From: Microcoleus sp.
Lineage (GTDB): Bacteria > Cyanobacteriota > Cyanobacteriia > Cyanobacteriales > Microcoleaceae
DNA: 64,000 bases
Direction: 5' to 3'
Assembly (NCBI GenBank): GCA_052279835.1
Contig: CP181291.1
Coordinates: forward strand, 3,872,001 to 3,936,000
In this document: positions 50,570-60,678 of the stretch, piece after piece
How positions within the stretch are numbered: position 1 is the stretch's first letter
How the letters are laid out: every line of letters starts with the position of its first letter
Position numbers and translations under genes: made by a program
The notes under the pieces: model-generated
What the model was told of the DNA's origin: nothing
Databases searched by the model: none
What the model saw: the letters and a program-made list of their open reading frames with translations, nothing else

Positions 50570-50901
50570 GAAGTGATACTGAACGACTCAAGGATATTGA
50601 TGAGGCGATCGCAAAAATTGAAAAATACACTGTCAGGGGAAAGCAGAATTTTTTAGATGATGAGTTGGTACAGACTTGGGTTTTATTCAATCTACAAACT
50701 ATTGGTGAGGCGGTAAGGTCGATGTCTGAGGATATTAGGAGACGCTATTCACAGGTAAGTTGGCAAGATATTATTGATTTTCGCAATTTGGTTGTCCATG
50801 AGTATTTTAGAGTTGATTTAGATTTAGTTTGGCTGATTGTGGAGAATGAGTTGCCGAGTTTAAAGTCTCAAATTAAATTGATGCTTGAGGAAATTGTATG
50901 A
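50566..50901 (+). CDS. HepT-like (DUF86/HEPN) ribonuclease toxin
   Basis: IGEA, RNLVVHEY (RX4HXY); ATGA overlap with the MNT gene. Confidence 0.9.
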   Translation: MRSDTERLKDIDEAIAKIEKYTVRGKQNFLDDELVQTWVLFNLQTIGEAVRSMSEDIRRRYSQVSWQDIIDFRNLVVHEYFRVDLDLVWLIVENELPSLKSQIKLMLEEIV

Positions 50902-51194
50902 TGAAACTACAGCAGTTATTACAGTCCAAGCGCGAGGATATTCTGGCGGTGGCGCTGCGACATGGGGCGTTTAATGTGCGGGTGTTTGGTTCGGTGGCGC
51001 GGGGTGAGGAGACTGAGAGTAGCGATATCGATCTGTTGGTGGATTATGATTTACAGAAAATTTCGCATTGGTTCCCAGGGGGGTTATTGATGGATTTGCA
51101 AGATATGCTAGGTTGTAAGGTAGATATTGTCACGGAACAGGGGTTAAGTCGTTTGATTAAGGATCGGGTTTTGGCGGAGGCCAAGTCTCTATGA
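50898..51194 (+). CDS. Second MNT-family nucleotidyltransferase
   Basis: First ~56 codons nearly identical to the 50273 copy; different C-terminal half. Confidence 0.88.
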   Translation: MMKLQQLLQSKREDILAVALRHGAFNVRVFGSVARGEETESSDIDLLVDYDLQKISHWFPGGLLMDLQDMLGCKVDIVTEQGLSRLIKDRVLAEAKSL

Positions 51195-51274
51195 ATTTAG
51201 AACGAGATCGGGTTTATTTGCCTGATTTGGAAAGGGCAACTCAAGGTATTGCTAATACTTTTTGGAATAATTAA
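51191..51274 (+). pseudogene. Internally deleted DUF86/HEPN toxin remnant
   Basis: MNLERDRVYL joined directly to PDLERATQGI...; ATGA overlap with the second MNT. Confidence 0.55.
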
Positions 51275-51283
51275 GGATGCTAT

Positions 51284-51405
51284 ATGATGACTTTACAATA
51301 AATTATAGATATGGTTAAAAGTTTATCAGTAGAAGATCGGGAGAGGAATTGTTAGAAATGGTAATTTTATTGGTTGATATTGGGAGCCATGATGAGGTTT
51401 ATTAA
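51284..51405 (+). pseudogene. Fused remnant of an antitoxin N-terminus and a YafQ/RelE-type toxin C-terminus
   Basis: MMTLQ*IIDMVKSLSVEDRE, then after a frame change ..VILLVDIGSHDEVY*. Confidence 0.55.
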
Positions 51406-51481
51406 AGGGTGCAATAAATTCTGAAGTTTCAGCTATGATATAAACAGGACTTACGCACTTTAAAGTAATTCTTTTTTGCCC

Positions 51482-52015
51482 ATGAGTTCCGATCTAGTTC
51501 CTCTCCTGCCCAAAGTATCCATTGGCCGTCGCGCCGCTGCTTTCAGCATTGATACGATCGCCGTTGGGCTACCCAGTTTGCTTCTTGGTACAAATCCGAT
51601 CGCCCAAATCATCTTTTTTGTCCTACTCTGGCTGATCATGCGAGTAGCCATCGTCAGGAAAAATAAAGGCCAAAGTCTCGGCCGCTGGGCTTTGGACATG
51701 AAAATTGTCGATCCCAGACTCGATCGCACTCCCGGCGTCCAAAAACTTTGCAAACGCGAAGCTGTGCTTGGTGGCTGTGCAGCCCTAGCCTTCCTAGGTA
51801 TAGGGGGACTCACATCCACCAATGCCGCCGTTTTGTTACTCCTATTACCCCTGGCGATCGACTGTAGCGTTGCTTTCACCGACACCGCCCGATTTCCCCA
51901 GGCATTTCACGATCGCCTTGGTGGTACAATCGTCGTCGGCACCCGCCGTGGCTACTCCCTAGACATCAAAGTCAAAAGATTGCTTGACCAAGTACACAGC
52001 AATGTGAGAAGATAA
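51482..52015 (+). CDS. RDD family membrane protein
   Basis: RRAAAFSID, GQSLGRWALDMK, HDR. Confidence 0.85.
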   Translation: MSSDLVPLLPKVSIGRRAAAFSIDTIAVGLPSLLLGTNPIAQIIFFVLLWLIMRVAIVRKNKGQSLGRWALDMKIVDPRLDRTPGVQKLCKREAVLGGCAALAFLGIGGLTSTNAAVLLLLLPLAIDCSVAFTDTARFPQAFHDRLGGTIVVGTRRGYSLDIKVKRLLDQVHSNVRR

Positions 52016-52053
52016 TAAATTGTGTTTAAATTAGTCGAAATTTATTTAGAATT

Positions 52054-52242
52054 ATGGCTAAAGGCGTCCGCATCATAATTACTCTAGAGTGTACTGAGTG
52101 CCGAACTAATGCCAGCAAACGCTCAAAAGGCGTTTCTCGGTACACCACGACCAAAAACCGTCGGAACACGACGGCCAGACTAGAACTCAAAAAGTTCTGC
52201 CCCCATTGCAACAAGCATACTGGTCACAAAGAGATCAAGTAA
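52054..52242 (+). CDS. rpmG: 50S ribosomal protein L33 (Zn-ribbon type)
   Basis: ITLECTEC...KNRRN...[10 protein letters not shown]. Confidence 0.97.
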   Translation: MAKGVRIIITLECTECRTNASKRSKGVSRYTTTKNRRNTTARLELKKFCPHCNKHTGHKEIK

Positions 52243-52396
52243 TCAGTGGTCAGTGGTCAGTGGTCAGTGGTCAGTAGTCAGTAGTTATTTGTTATTTGTG
52301 AGGGTTTACCAATAACCAATTACCAATTATCAATTACCGATTACCAATTACCGATTACCGATTACCGATTACCAATTACCAATTACCAATTACCAA
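52243..52396. repeat. STRR heptamer arrays (TCAGTGG; TTACCAA/TTACCGA)
   Basis: Directly visible. Confidence 0.85.
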
Positions 52397-52402
52397 AGAA
52401 CC

Positions 52403-52618
52403 ATGACTTACTTTCGCCGGCGTGTATCGCCAATTAAACCAGGAGATCCGATCGACTACAAAGACGTCGATTTACTCAAAAAATACGTCACCGAACGGGG
52501 TAAAATCCTGCCTCGGCGGATTACAGGCTTGACAGCCAAACAACAACGAGACCTGACCAGAAGCATCAAAAGAGCCAGAATTGTAGCTTTGATGCCCTTC
52601 GTCAACCAAGAAGGTTAA
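52403..52618 (+). CDS. rpsR: 30S ribosomal protein S18
   Basis: IDYKDVDLL...[12 protein letters not shown]...IKRAR. Confidence 0.97.
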   Translation: MTYFRRRVSPIKPGDPIDYKDVDLLKKYVTERGKILPRRITGLTAKQQRDLTRSIKRARIVALMPFVNQEG

Positions 52619-52794
52619 TCGGATTTTGGATTTAAGATTTTAGATTTTGGACGGTGATAAAACCTAGGCAAAAGTAACGTTTTTTACGTGATTTAACCAG
52701 AAAAAATACAATTCTCCAAAATCTAAAATCCCCAAGTCGAAACCAGACAAGTAGCCCATGTAAAAATCTAAAATATAAATTATATAACTGGCAA

Positions 52795-54801
52795 GTGGAG
52801 AAGGGAACCTTAGTAGAATTTAGACTGCACGGCGACCGCCGTCTAGCCGTTGCCGATCGCCCAGACGGCAAAAAAAACTGGGTGGTGGTAGACGAAAACG
52901 GTCAACCGCACAGCATACCGCCGAAACAAATCACCTACGAAATTGCCGGAGAAACCTACAAACCCTCGGACATCCCAAAATTTCATCAAGAAGTAGAAGT
53001 TTACTCAGATCCATCCAGTCTCGAAGTAGCTTGGGAACTGCTAGTAGGGGACGGAGAAGCAGCGGACCCGGAATCCTTAGCCATGCTACTATTTTCCGAA
53101 AAAACCCCAGCTCAGTGTTACGCAGCTTACTCTTTGTTGTCCACAGATAAATTGTATTTTAAGCAAAAGGGCGATCGCTACGAACCGCGTTCCGCAGCCC
53201 AAGTAGCAGAAATCAAACACCAGCAAGAAGTAGAACAGCAACGACATCAAGAAGCCCAAGGATTTTGGGATCGAGTCAAGCAGCGACTGGTCGGGGAAAA
53301 TGTAGACTGGGCAAATAGCGATCGCCATCGCCTCGATGCCCTAGAACGATTTGCCACCCTGGGAGAAGAAGCAACACACCGCACCCCAGCCCTAGAAACA
53401 TTAGCCAGCCTAGAACGTCCCGAAACACCGGAAGCAGCCTTTCAACTATTAGTAGATCTCGGCCTGTGGAGTCACCACGAAAACCTGTTTTTGCGGCGTA
53501 GCCAAATTCCCCTACAGTTACCTGCCAAGGTTTTAGAAGAAGCTCAACGCTGCCTAGAAAATCTCCCAAGCGATTCCGACACCAGTCGTCTCGATTTAAC
53601 TCACCTCAAGGTTTACACCATCGACGATGAAAGCACTACAGAAATAGACGACGGACTCAGCTTAGAATTCCTGGAAAACGGCCAGCAGCGCCTGTGGATA
53701 CACATCGCCGATCCCACCCGCTTACTCTCCCCCGGAGACGAACTCGACCTCGAAGCCAGGAAGCGCACCACCACAGTTTACCTGCCCACGGGGATGATAC
53801 CCATGTTTCCCCCAGAGTTGGCAACCGGGCCAATGAGCTTAATTCAAGGTAAAGAGTGCAGCGCTCTCAGCTTCAGCGTCACCTTAGATGAAACTGGTGC
53901 AGCCCAAGATTACAGCATTCACATCAGCACGGTGAAACCTACCTACCGCTTAACCTACGATGAGGTAGACGAGATGCTGGAGTTGGGAATCCCAGCAGAA
54001 CCGGAAATAGCTGCACTAGCAGAAGCGGCCAAACTGCGGCAAAAATGGCGGGAAACCCAAGGTGCAATCAGCATTTTCATGCCCGAATCGGTCATCAAAG
54101 TCAAAGGCGAGGACATCAACATTTATGTCATCGATGACTCCACCGCCCGATTGCTAGTAGCTGAAATGATGATCCTCGCCGGCGAAGTGGCCGCCCGCTA
54201 CGGTCAAACTCACGGCCTAGCCATACCCTATCGCCATCAGCCCCAGCCAGAACTCCCACCAGAGGAAGAACTTTTAGCTGTGCCGGCAGGCCCCGCCCGT
54301 GCTTGTGCTGTGCGCCGCTGTATGCCCCGCAGCGAAATGAATCTCACCCCTGGAAGACACTCTAGTTTGGGTTTGGAAGCATACACTCAAGTTACTTCTC
54401 CCATCCGTCGTTATACCGATTTACTGACTCATTTCCAAATTAAAGCTCATCTGCGGGGCGAACCCCAGCCTTTTTCTGCTGAAGAAATGCAGGACATTGT
54501 GATGTGTCTGGGTACAGCAGTCAGAGAAGCTTCTAGTGTTGAACGCCAAACCAATCGCTATTGGGGATTGGAATATTTGCGACGCAACCCAGATCAAGTC
54601 TGGGAAGCTTTAATGTTGCGCTGGCTGAGGGAAGATAGCAATCTCGGATTGATTTTGTTGGAAGAGTTGGGTTTAGAATTAGCTATGCGCTTTGGTCGAT
54701 CGGTCGAAATAGGCGATCGATTTGAAGTTAAAGTCACTCATTGCGATCCGCGATCGGATGTAATTCAATTCCAAGAAGTAATTCTCCAAGCAGCGCCCTA
54801 G
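52795..54801 (+). CDS. RNB-domain exoribonuclease (RNase II/R family)
   Basis: TIDDESTTEIDDGLS, HIADP, TSPIRRYTDL. Confidence 0.92.
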   Translation: MEKGTLVEFRLHGDRRLAVADRPDGKKNWVVVDENGQPHSIPPKQITYEIAGETYKPSDIPKFHQEVEVYSDPSSLEVAWELLVGDGEAADPESLAMLLFSEKTPAQCYAAYSLLSTDKLYFKQKGDRYEPRSAAQVAEIKHQQEVEQQRHQEAQGFWDRVKQRLVGENVDWANSDRHRLDALERFATLGEEATHRTPALETLASLERPETPEAAFQLLVDLGLWSHHENLFLRRSQIPLQLPAKVLEEAQRCLENLPSDSDTSRLDLTHLKVYTIDDESTTEIDDGLSLEFLENGQQRLWIHIADPTRLLSPGDELDLEARKRTTTVYLPTGMIPMFPPELATGPMSLIQGKECSALSFSVTLDETGAAQDYSIHISTVKPTYRLTYDEVDEMLELGIPAEPEIAALAEAAKLRQKWRETQGAISIFMPESVIKVKGEDINIYVIDDSTARLLVAEMMILAGEVAARYGQTHGLAIPYRHQPQPELPPEEELLAVPAGPARACAVRRCMPRSEMNLTPGRHSSLGLEAYTQVTSPIRRYTDLLTHFQIKAHLRGEPQPFSAEEMQDIVMCLGTAVREASSVERQTNRYWGLEYLRRNPDQVWEALMLRWLREDSNLGLILLEELGLELAMRFGRSVEIGDRFEVKVTHCDPRSDVIQFQEVILQAAP

Positions 54802-54983
54802 GATGTGGAGTTTGGGATTTGGGCGGCGTTAAACAGTAGAAATTTCCATCGGATGAAGGGACGACTATACCGTAAAAAACCTGTTTTCTTTGGTTCTTCT
54901 GCGTAAGTCCTGATAGAGTAGGAAATTAGTAAAAATTGCTACTGCTGACAGCAGCCGAGAAATCTCCCATCTCCAATCCCCAA

Positions 54984-56423
54984 ATGCCTAATTCAATTAG
55001 CCAAGTTCAGCCACCCCTGGAATTCATCCCCCCAGCGTACAACCCCCTAATCGTCCAAGGCTGCCAACAAATACTCCCCTGGTGGCTGCGATTTAGGACA
55101 AATATTAGCGACATTCAAGCGGAAAATGTCGAAACCCTCGCCGAACTATTTCACCAATTTCAAAATCAGAAAGTTCGCTTCTTACTAGCCTTCCGCCACC
55201 CCAACTCAGACGATCCCTACTGTTTGGGACAACTGGTGTGGAAACTCGTACCCCAAGTGGCGCGCCAACAAGGGATTCCCCTGAAATTTCCCGTACATTC
55301 CCACTTTATCTACGATCGCGGAATTCCCCTGTGGGCTGGTGCGGGTGTCGGTTGGCTATACTCTCGGCTCGGTGGAACTCCCATCGTTCGCGGTAAAATC
55401 GATCGAGTTGGATTGCGATCGGCCCGCGATTTATTTGCTAACAGCCAATTTCCCATCGCCGCCGCTCCCGAAGGCGCCACCAACGGTCACAATGAAATAG
55501 TTAGCCCCCTCGAACCCGGTATTGCTCAAATGGGATTCTGGTGCGTTGAAGATTTACGAAAAGCCGGACGCCCGGAAAAAGTCGTAATCGTACCTCTTGG
55601 TATTCAATACCGCTATGTCCAACCACCTTGGGAACAACTAGAAAAACTTTTAACTCAATTAGAAACAGATTGCGGATTAGCAGCATTAGATAGTAACTAT
55701 TTTGCCAATTTAGAGACGAATCATCCCAATTCTGAAATTCACCATCACAAATTTCAATATTTACGACTCATTCGATTGGGAAGTTATTTGTTGTCAGTAA
55801 TGGAACAGTTTTATCGGAGGTTTTATCATCAGGAATTGCCCCTACATCCAGAGAAGCAAGTGTCAGAGTTAATGAGGGAAATTAGCAACAATAATTTAGA
55901 TAGTGAAGTGATAACTTCTAGATTAAAAGCACTTTTAGATGTAGCTTTACAAGTGGCTGAACAGTATTTTAACTTGAAGCCCAAAGGCAGTTTAATCGAC
56001 AGATGCCGCCGATTGGAACAAGCAGGATGGGACTATATTTATCGAGAAGATATCAAAGATATTGCAGCACTTTGTCCCTTAGAAAGAGGATTAGCCGATC
56101 GCCTAGCCGAAGAAGCCAGTCTCCGAATGTGGCACATGAGACTCGTAGAAAGCTTCGTATCCGTTACGGGCAAATACGTACAAGAACAACTGACGGCAGA
56201 ACGCCTCGCCGAAACAACTTTACTACTGTCCGACGTACTGGCTCGCATCAAAGGGGGAAATCCTTTCGGGCGACCGCATTTGGGCAAACAGCAAGTAACA
56301 ATGACTGTGGGCGAACCGATATCCGTGGACGATCGCTCCGAGGGATATCAAACCAGTCGCAGAATAGCAGTGGCAGAACTCACTCAAGACTTACAAGCAG
56401 CTTTAGAAGGACTAATTAATTAG
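54984..56423 (+). CDS. PlsC-like acyltransferase family protein
   Basis: FRHPNSDD (HX4D), APEG; ATG at 54984 preferred. Confidence 0.8.
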   Translation: MPNSISQVQPPLEFIPPAYNPLIVQGCQQILPWWLRFRTNISDIQAENVETLAELFHQFQNQKVRFLLAFRHPNSDDPYCLGQLVWKLVPQVARQQGIPLKFPVHSHFIYDRGIPLWAGAGVGWLYSRLGGTPIVRGKIDRVGLRSARDLFANSQFPIAAAPEGATNGHNEIVSPLEPGIAQMGFWCVEDLRKAGRPEKVVIVPLGIQYRYVQPPWEQLEKLLTQLETDCGLAALDSNYFANLETNHPNSEIHHHKFQYLRLIRLGSYLLSVMEQFYRRFYHQELPLHPEKQVSELMREISNNNLDSEVITSRLKALLDVALQVAEQYFNLKPKGSLIDRCRRLEQAGWDYIYREDIKDIAALCPLERGLADRLAEEASLRMWHMRLVESFVSVTGKYVQEQLTAERLAETTLLLSDVLARIKGGNPFGRPHLGKQQVTMTVGEPISVDDRSEGYQTSRRIAVAELTQDLQAALEGLIN

Positions 56424-56719
56424 TCATTAGTCAGCAGTCAGTAGCGGTGCGGCTCAGCTTCGTTGAAGCGTCAGCAGTCAGTAGTCATTAGTCATTAAGC
56501 GATGCTATAAGGACGGGGTTGGCAACCCAATTTCCTGATAAACTTTGAAAAGAGGTCTGAGCCACCCCTAAAAAATTAACCCTTGATAAGTAAGTCCACC
56601 TAATTAAATGCAAGATCCAAATCGCTCAAAAGCTTACTGGCTTGCTATTCTTCACATCGATCTTCTTCCTTCTTCCCTCTTCCTTCTTCCTTCTACTTAA
56701 TAACCCAGAAAAATAAGCA

Positions 56720-57613
56720 ATGAGTAACAAACCTATCAATTTGTCTAGTAACTCAATAAAAATAAAACTGCTGAATTATTTAGCCCAAGAATTGCTGACT
56801 CCCCTCACTTCAGTTATTGGGATGGCCAGTGTCTTGAACCAAGAAATTTATGGCCCCCTGACAAGTAAGCAAAAAGAATATATCGATGTAATCCAAGATA
56901 GTAGTCGGTCTTTGCGATCGCTAGTTGAAGAAATTTTAGGACTCGCAGAATTGGATGACTCCAGTTTCACCGTCAAGCGAACCGCAGTAGATATAGAAAC
57001 TTTGTGCCAGCAGGTTGTCACTAACCTATCGCAGCCGGCATCTAAAAGAGAGCAAGAAATTAACCTGTCTATCAGTCCAGGGCCCCGTATTTGGCTGGCA
57101 GACAAAGAAAAAGTTCAGCAAATGCTCCACCACTTAATTTTTAGCGTGATTCAATCTGCTGGGGCAGGTAGCGTGATTCGAGTACACGTTGTTCGCAAAG
57201 ATGATGGCATCAATATGGGAGTTTGGGTGTTTCACCCTTGGTTGGGAGAAAGTTTGCCCCATGCTAAACTCTACTCCGACCACTTGTTAAAACTTGAATC
57301 GAGTCAAAGTTCTCTAGGGAACTCCCACAGCAAAGAATTGGGAATCGAATCTCAAAATTCGCCAGCAGTACAAGCTTCCCAGCCATTAAAGCTTTCTTTC
57401 TCTGAGTTGGCGACTTTGGTAGCTGAAAATGCCGCGGATACCACACCAGTGTTAGCTGGCTACGGGGATAGGGAGCGTTTGGGATTGCTGCTGTGCTGTC
57501 AGTTGGTGGAAATTCAAGGCGGTCAACTCTCAATTCAAGGAACGCCGGAATCTGGGTATCGCTATGTGCTTTCGCTTCCTTGCGTCAATGCTACTGATTT
57601 GTTGGAAAGGTAA
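56720..57613 (+). CDS. Degenerate histidine-kinase-like protein (no phosphoacceptor His, no sensor domain)
   Basis: AQELLTPLTSVIGM H-box-like motif; GPLTSKQKEYI; degenerate ATPase boxes. Confidence 0.75.
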   Translation: MSNKPINLSSNSIKIKLLNYLAQELLTPLTSVIGMASVLNQEIYGPLTSKQKEYIDVIQDSSRSLRSLVEEILGLAELDDSSFTVKRTAVDIETLCQQVVTNLSQPASKREQEINLSISPGPRIWLADKEKVQQMLHHLIFSVIQSAGAGSVIRVHVVRKDDGINMGVWVFHPWLGESLPHAKLYSDHLLKLESSQSSLGNSHSKELGIESQNSPAVQASQPLKLSFSELATLVAENAADTTPVLAGYGDRERLGLLLCCQLVEIQGGQLSIQGTPESGYRYVLSLPCVNATDLLER

Positions 57614-57730
57614 AGTTAGTTGTGATTAGTTATTTGTTATTTCTGGTTCTCATAACGAATAACTAATAACCAATCACCCATCACCAGGCATCCCCAATCA
57701 CCAATCACCACTTCCTAATTTTAAATTGAA

Positions 57731-59167
57731 ATGAATTCAGTTTGGCAAAAATTAACTCTAGCAAACTTCCCACTTTTACAATGGCAAAATGGAAGTTATT
57801 TATTGAATGTCGCCATTGGTAATGCGCGAAGTTGGCGGCAAAGTAGCTGGCTGATGCAATGGGCAGAACCACTGGGTTTTGTATTGCTGGCTTTGACGTT
57901 TGGTTTGGGCCCCTTTGTCAACAATGCCCTGGTGGGTGTGTTGATGGCTGCTGGCGCTGCCTTTTGGGTGCTGCTGACGGTTTCCGACGATCGCGCGATC
58001 GCCCTGACACCGATTCACCTGCTAGTATTCCTTTACTGGGGCATTGCTACCGTCGCCACCGCCATGTCCCCAGTGAAAGCAGCAGCTTTTACAGGCTGGA
58101 CGAAGCTAACGCTGTATTTGCTGTTTTTTGCATTGATGGCTAGGATATTGCGATCGCCCCGTTGGCGATCGTGGTTAATCGCCGTGTTTTTGAATGTCTC
58201 TCTCATCGTCAGTTTCTACGGCGTGCGACAGTGGATTGATAAAGTGCCACCCCTAGCTACTTGGAACGATCCCACTTCTAGTCAAGCAAATGTGACGCGG
58301 GTTTACAGTTTTTTAGGAAATCCCAACTTGCTTGGTTCCTATCTGCTACCGGCAATTGCATTGAGTGCAGCAGCACTTTTTGTGTGGAAAGGATGGGGAA
58401 CTAAAGCTTTGGCATTGACCATGTTAGTCGTGAATTGCGCCTGTTTGCGCTACACCGACAGCCGTGGGGCTTGGATCGGTTTTGTAGCTTTACTGGTGGT
58501 GTTTTTAATCCTGCTGTGGTATTGGTATAGTCCTTTAATGCCTCGGTTCTGGCGGACTTTAGCCCTGCCGTTGGGGTTAGGAGGTTTAGCTGTGGCGTTA
58601 ATTTTGGGAGTAGTTTTAGTACCATCCCTGCAAGAACGAGTGACGAGTATGTTTATCGGCCGCGGTGACAGCAGCAACAATTTTCGGATTAATGTTTGGA
58701 CTGCGGTGATTGACATGATTCGCGATCGACCAATTCTCGGCATTGGTCCCGGTAACACTGCTTTTAATAAAGTTTATCCACTGTATATGAAGCCGAAATA
58801 CACGGCTTTGAGTGCTTATTCCGTGCTTCTAGAAATAGGGGTAGAAACTGGTTTTATCGGTTTGACTTGTTTTCTGTGGCTGCTGACTGTCACCATCAAT
58901 CAAGGTTTGTTGCAGATCAAAAATCTGCGGGATGCACAATTTCAGCAGCTTAACTCCCAGGAAGAATCCCCAAGTCCGACATCTAATCAGGGGTTTTGGT
59001 TGATAGCGGCGATCGCCACTTTAGTCGGCATGATGGCCCACGGTTTTTTCGATACAGTTTGGTATCGACCAGAAGTCAATATGCTGTGGTGGTTGATGGT
59101 AGCGATTATTGCCAGTTTTTACAGAAATTCCCCGCAGCCAGATTCAGCCTTGACTAACGCAGAGTAG
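57731..59167 (+). CDS. ictB: IctB family (O-antigen ligase-like) membrane protein
   Basis: RVYSFLGNPNLL, DSSNNFRINVW, GIGPGN.AF...YPLY. Confidence 0.92.
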   Translation: MNSVWQKLTLANFPLLQWQNGSYLLNVAIGNARSWRQSSWLMQWAEPLGFVLLALTFGLGPFVNNALVGVLMAAGAAFWVLLTVSDDRAIALTPIHLLVFLYWGIATVATAMSPVKAAAFTGWTKLTLYLLFFALMARILRSPRWRSWLIAVFLNVSLIVSFYGVRQWIDKVPPLATWNDPTSSQANVTRVYSFLGNPNLLGSYLLPAIALSAAALFVWKGWGTKALALTMLVVNCACLRYTDSRGAWIGFVALLVVFLILLWYWYSPLMPRFWRTLALPLGLGGLAVALILGVVLVPSLQERVTSMFIGRGDSSNNFRINVWTAVIDMIRDRPILGIGPGNTAFNKVYPLYMKPKYTALSAYSVLLEIGVETGFIGLTCFLWLLTVTINQGLLQIKNLRDAQFQQLNSQEESPSPTSNQGFWLIAAIATLVGMMAHGFFDTVWYRPEVNMLWWLMVAIIASFYRNSPQPDSALTNAE

Positions 59168-59243
59168 AAGTTTAGTAGACATCTCCCAAAAAGATATTCA
59201 AGAACAGGTATCCTGCCTGTTCCACAACAATTATGGGAGATGT

Positions 59244-59747
59244 CTATTGATCCACGGATGAATCGTTAGGCTTGTATCCCGGCTGTTTTCGGTCATCCAA
59301 ACCCGAATCCCTTAGCGAAACTACACTTCTTTGACTCGGTGACAATCGATCGCCCCCTCGACTCCTACCCCCAGACAGTGGCGATTTTCGAGTTAAAGTT
59401 TTCCAAGCAGCCTTAACCCCAGTCACCAGGCTACGAGTTGTAACTTGGACATTGTGCGCTTGCTTTTTGGCAGTACCAAGACTGCGATCGACTTGCTTGA
59501 CAACTTCCCCCGCACTTTGCACCCCTTCACTGACATCATCCGTCAATTCGCTAATTTCCAGCCCAGTTAACCTAATGGCATCCAAAGTCGGCGGAAATTC
59601 ACGACAAAGGGTATCAGCGAGCTTTTCCACGCTGTGCGCAGCCCGCGTCAAGGCTTGCACCGCAGGTATGAGAGTCACTAACACAGCCGTTAAACTGACT
59701 GCGACTAGCAAAATCGAAAGTCCTAACCAAAAGATGGGTTCGCGCAC
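59244..59747 (-). CDS. DUF948-like membrane protein
   Basis: PIFWLGLSILLVAVSLTAVL...ELTDDVSEGV; GTG at 59747 preferred. Confidence 0.75.
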   Translation of the reverse strand: MREPIFWLGLSILLVAVSLTAVLVTLIPAVQALTRAAHSVEKLADTLCREFPPTLDAIRLTGLEISELTDDVSEGVQSAGEVVKQVDRSLGTAKKQAHNVQVTTRSLVTGVKAAWKTLTRKSPLSGGRSRGGDRLSPSQRSVVSLRDSGLDDRKQPGYKPNDSSVDQ

Positions 59748-59843
59748 TGAAATTTCGGATTGAGGGTTTGGGAATTTATATGTGGGTCTAATTTTACTTG
59801 ATTGTGGGATCAGTCCCAAAGGTAGTCCCGAACAGTTGTGGAA

Positions 59844-60182
59844 TTAGCGGTGCTCCGGCGACGGGGTAGTCGCTGTGGCTTCTGTTTCCGAGAGTGTTTG
59901 GCGTTCCCGTTGAGTCGCCTCCAAACCGGCGGCGATCGCCTCTTTAAGTCTAATCAAAGTTTCGTCCCAATGGAGCAGTGCCGATTCCGAAAGTCGATCG
60001 GCTTGCAATTGTACGCTAGTTGATAAATCTTCGGCCAACTCCGGCAAAGCATCCGCAGATTTTTTCAAAATCTGCCGCGTCTGCTTGCCCGTTCTCGGTG
60101 CCATCAGCAAGCCCGTCAGGGCCCCGATGGCTGAACCCACCAACAAGCCACCAATAAATAATCCTGAACGTTTATTTGACAT
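59844..60182 (-). CDS. YtxH domain protein
   Basis: FIGGLLVGSAIG..TGLLMAPRTGKQTR; ATG at 60182 preferred. Confidence 0.85.
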   Translation of the reverse strand: MSNKRSGLFIGGLLVGSAIGALTGLLMAPRTGKQTRQILKKSADALPELAEDLSTSVQLQADRLSESALLHWDETLIRLKEAIAAGLEATQRERQTLSETEATATTPSPEHR

Positions 60183-60236
60183 TGCGATCGCGACCTCCAA
60201 AAGAATACTTTTACCCGCTATAAATATAATTTCTGA

Positions 60237-60542
60237 TTACCTTAATCGTCGATCCCGCCGCCGCCAAAGCATTCGCCCCAAACCTAGCAATCCCAAAAGT
60301 TGCTGAAGTTGTTGAAGTTGCCATTCCAGTTGTTGATAATTGCGCCGCAACTGGTGAGCACGTTGTTGCTTTCTTGCAAAGAAATTAGGTGATTTGCCAA
60401 GGACATTGGTGCTACAGCGCTCCAGGGCGGAGATTCTCGCTTCACAAAGTGCGATCGTCCGGCGCATTTGCCATATTTTCCAGGCTATATAAAAGCCGAC
60501 CAGAGATATGAATACATTGATGATTACCACAGCAGCCAGCAT
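60237..60542 (-). CDS. Conserved hypothetical membrane protein
   Basis: N-terminal TM and coiled coil; same strand as, and directly upstream of, the YtxH gene. Confidence 0.65.
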   Translation of the reverse strand: MLAAVVIINVFISLVGFYIAWKIWQMRRTIALCEARISALERCSTNVLGKSPNFFARKQQRAHQLRRNYQQLEWQLQQLQQLLGLLGLGRMLWRRRDRRLR

Positions 60543-60678
60543 TTTTCACCTATTTTTAACTAGCCTCTTTACATTTTTTTGACAGACAAAATACCCGCCC
60601 CACAATAATTTTTTCTAGATTGTGGAACAGGCATCTTGCCTGTTGACAAAAATCAGCCTCAATCTCAGCTTAAATTTT

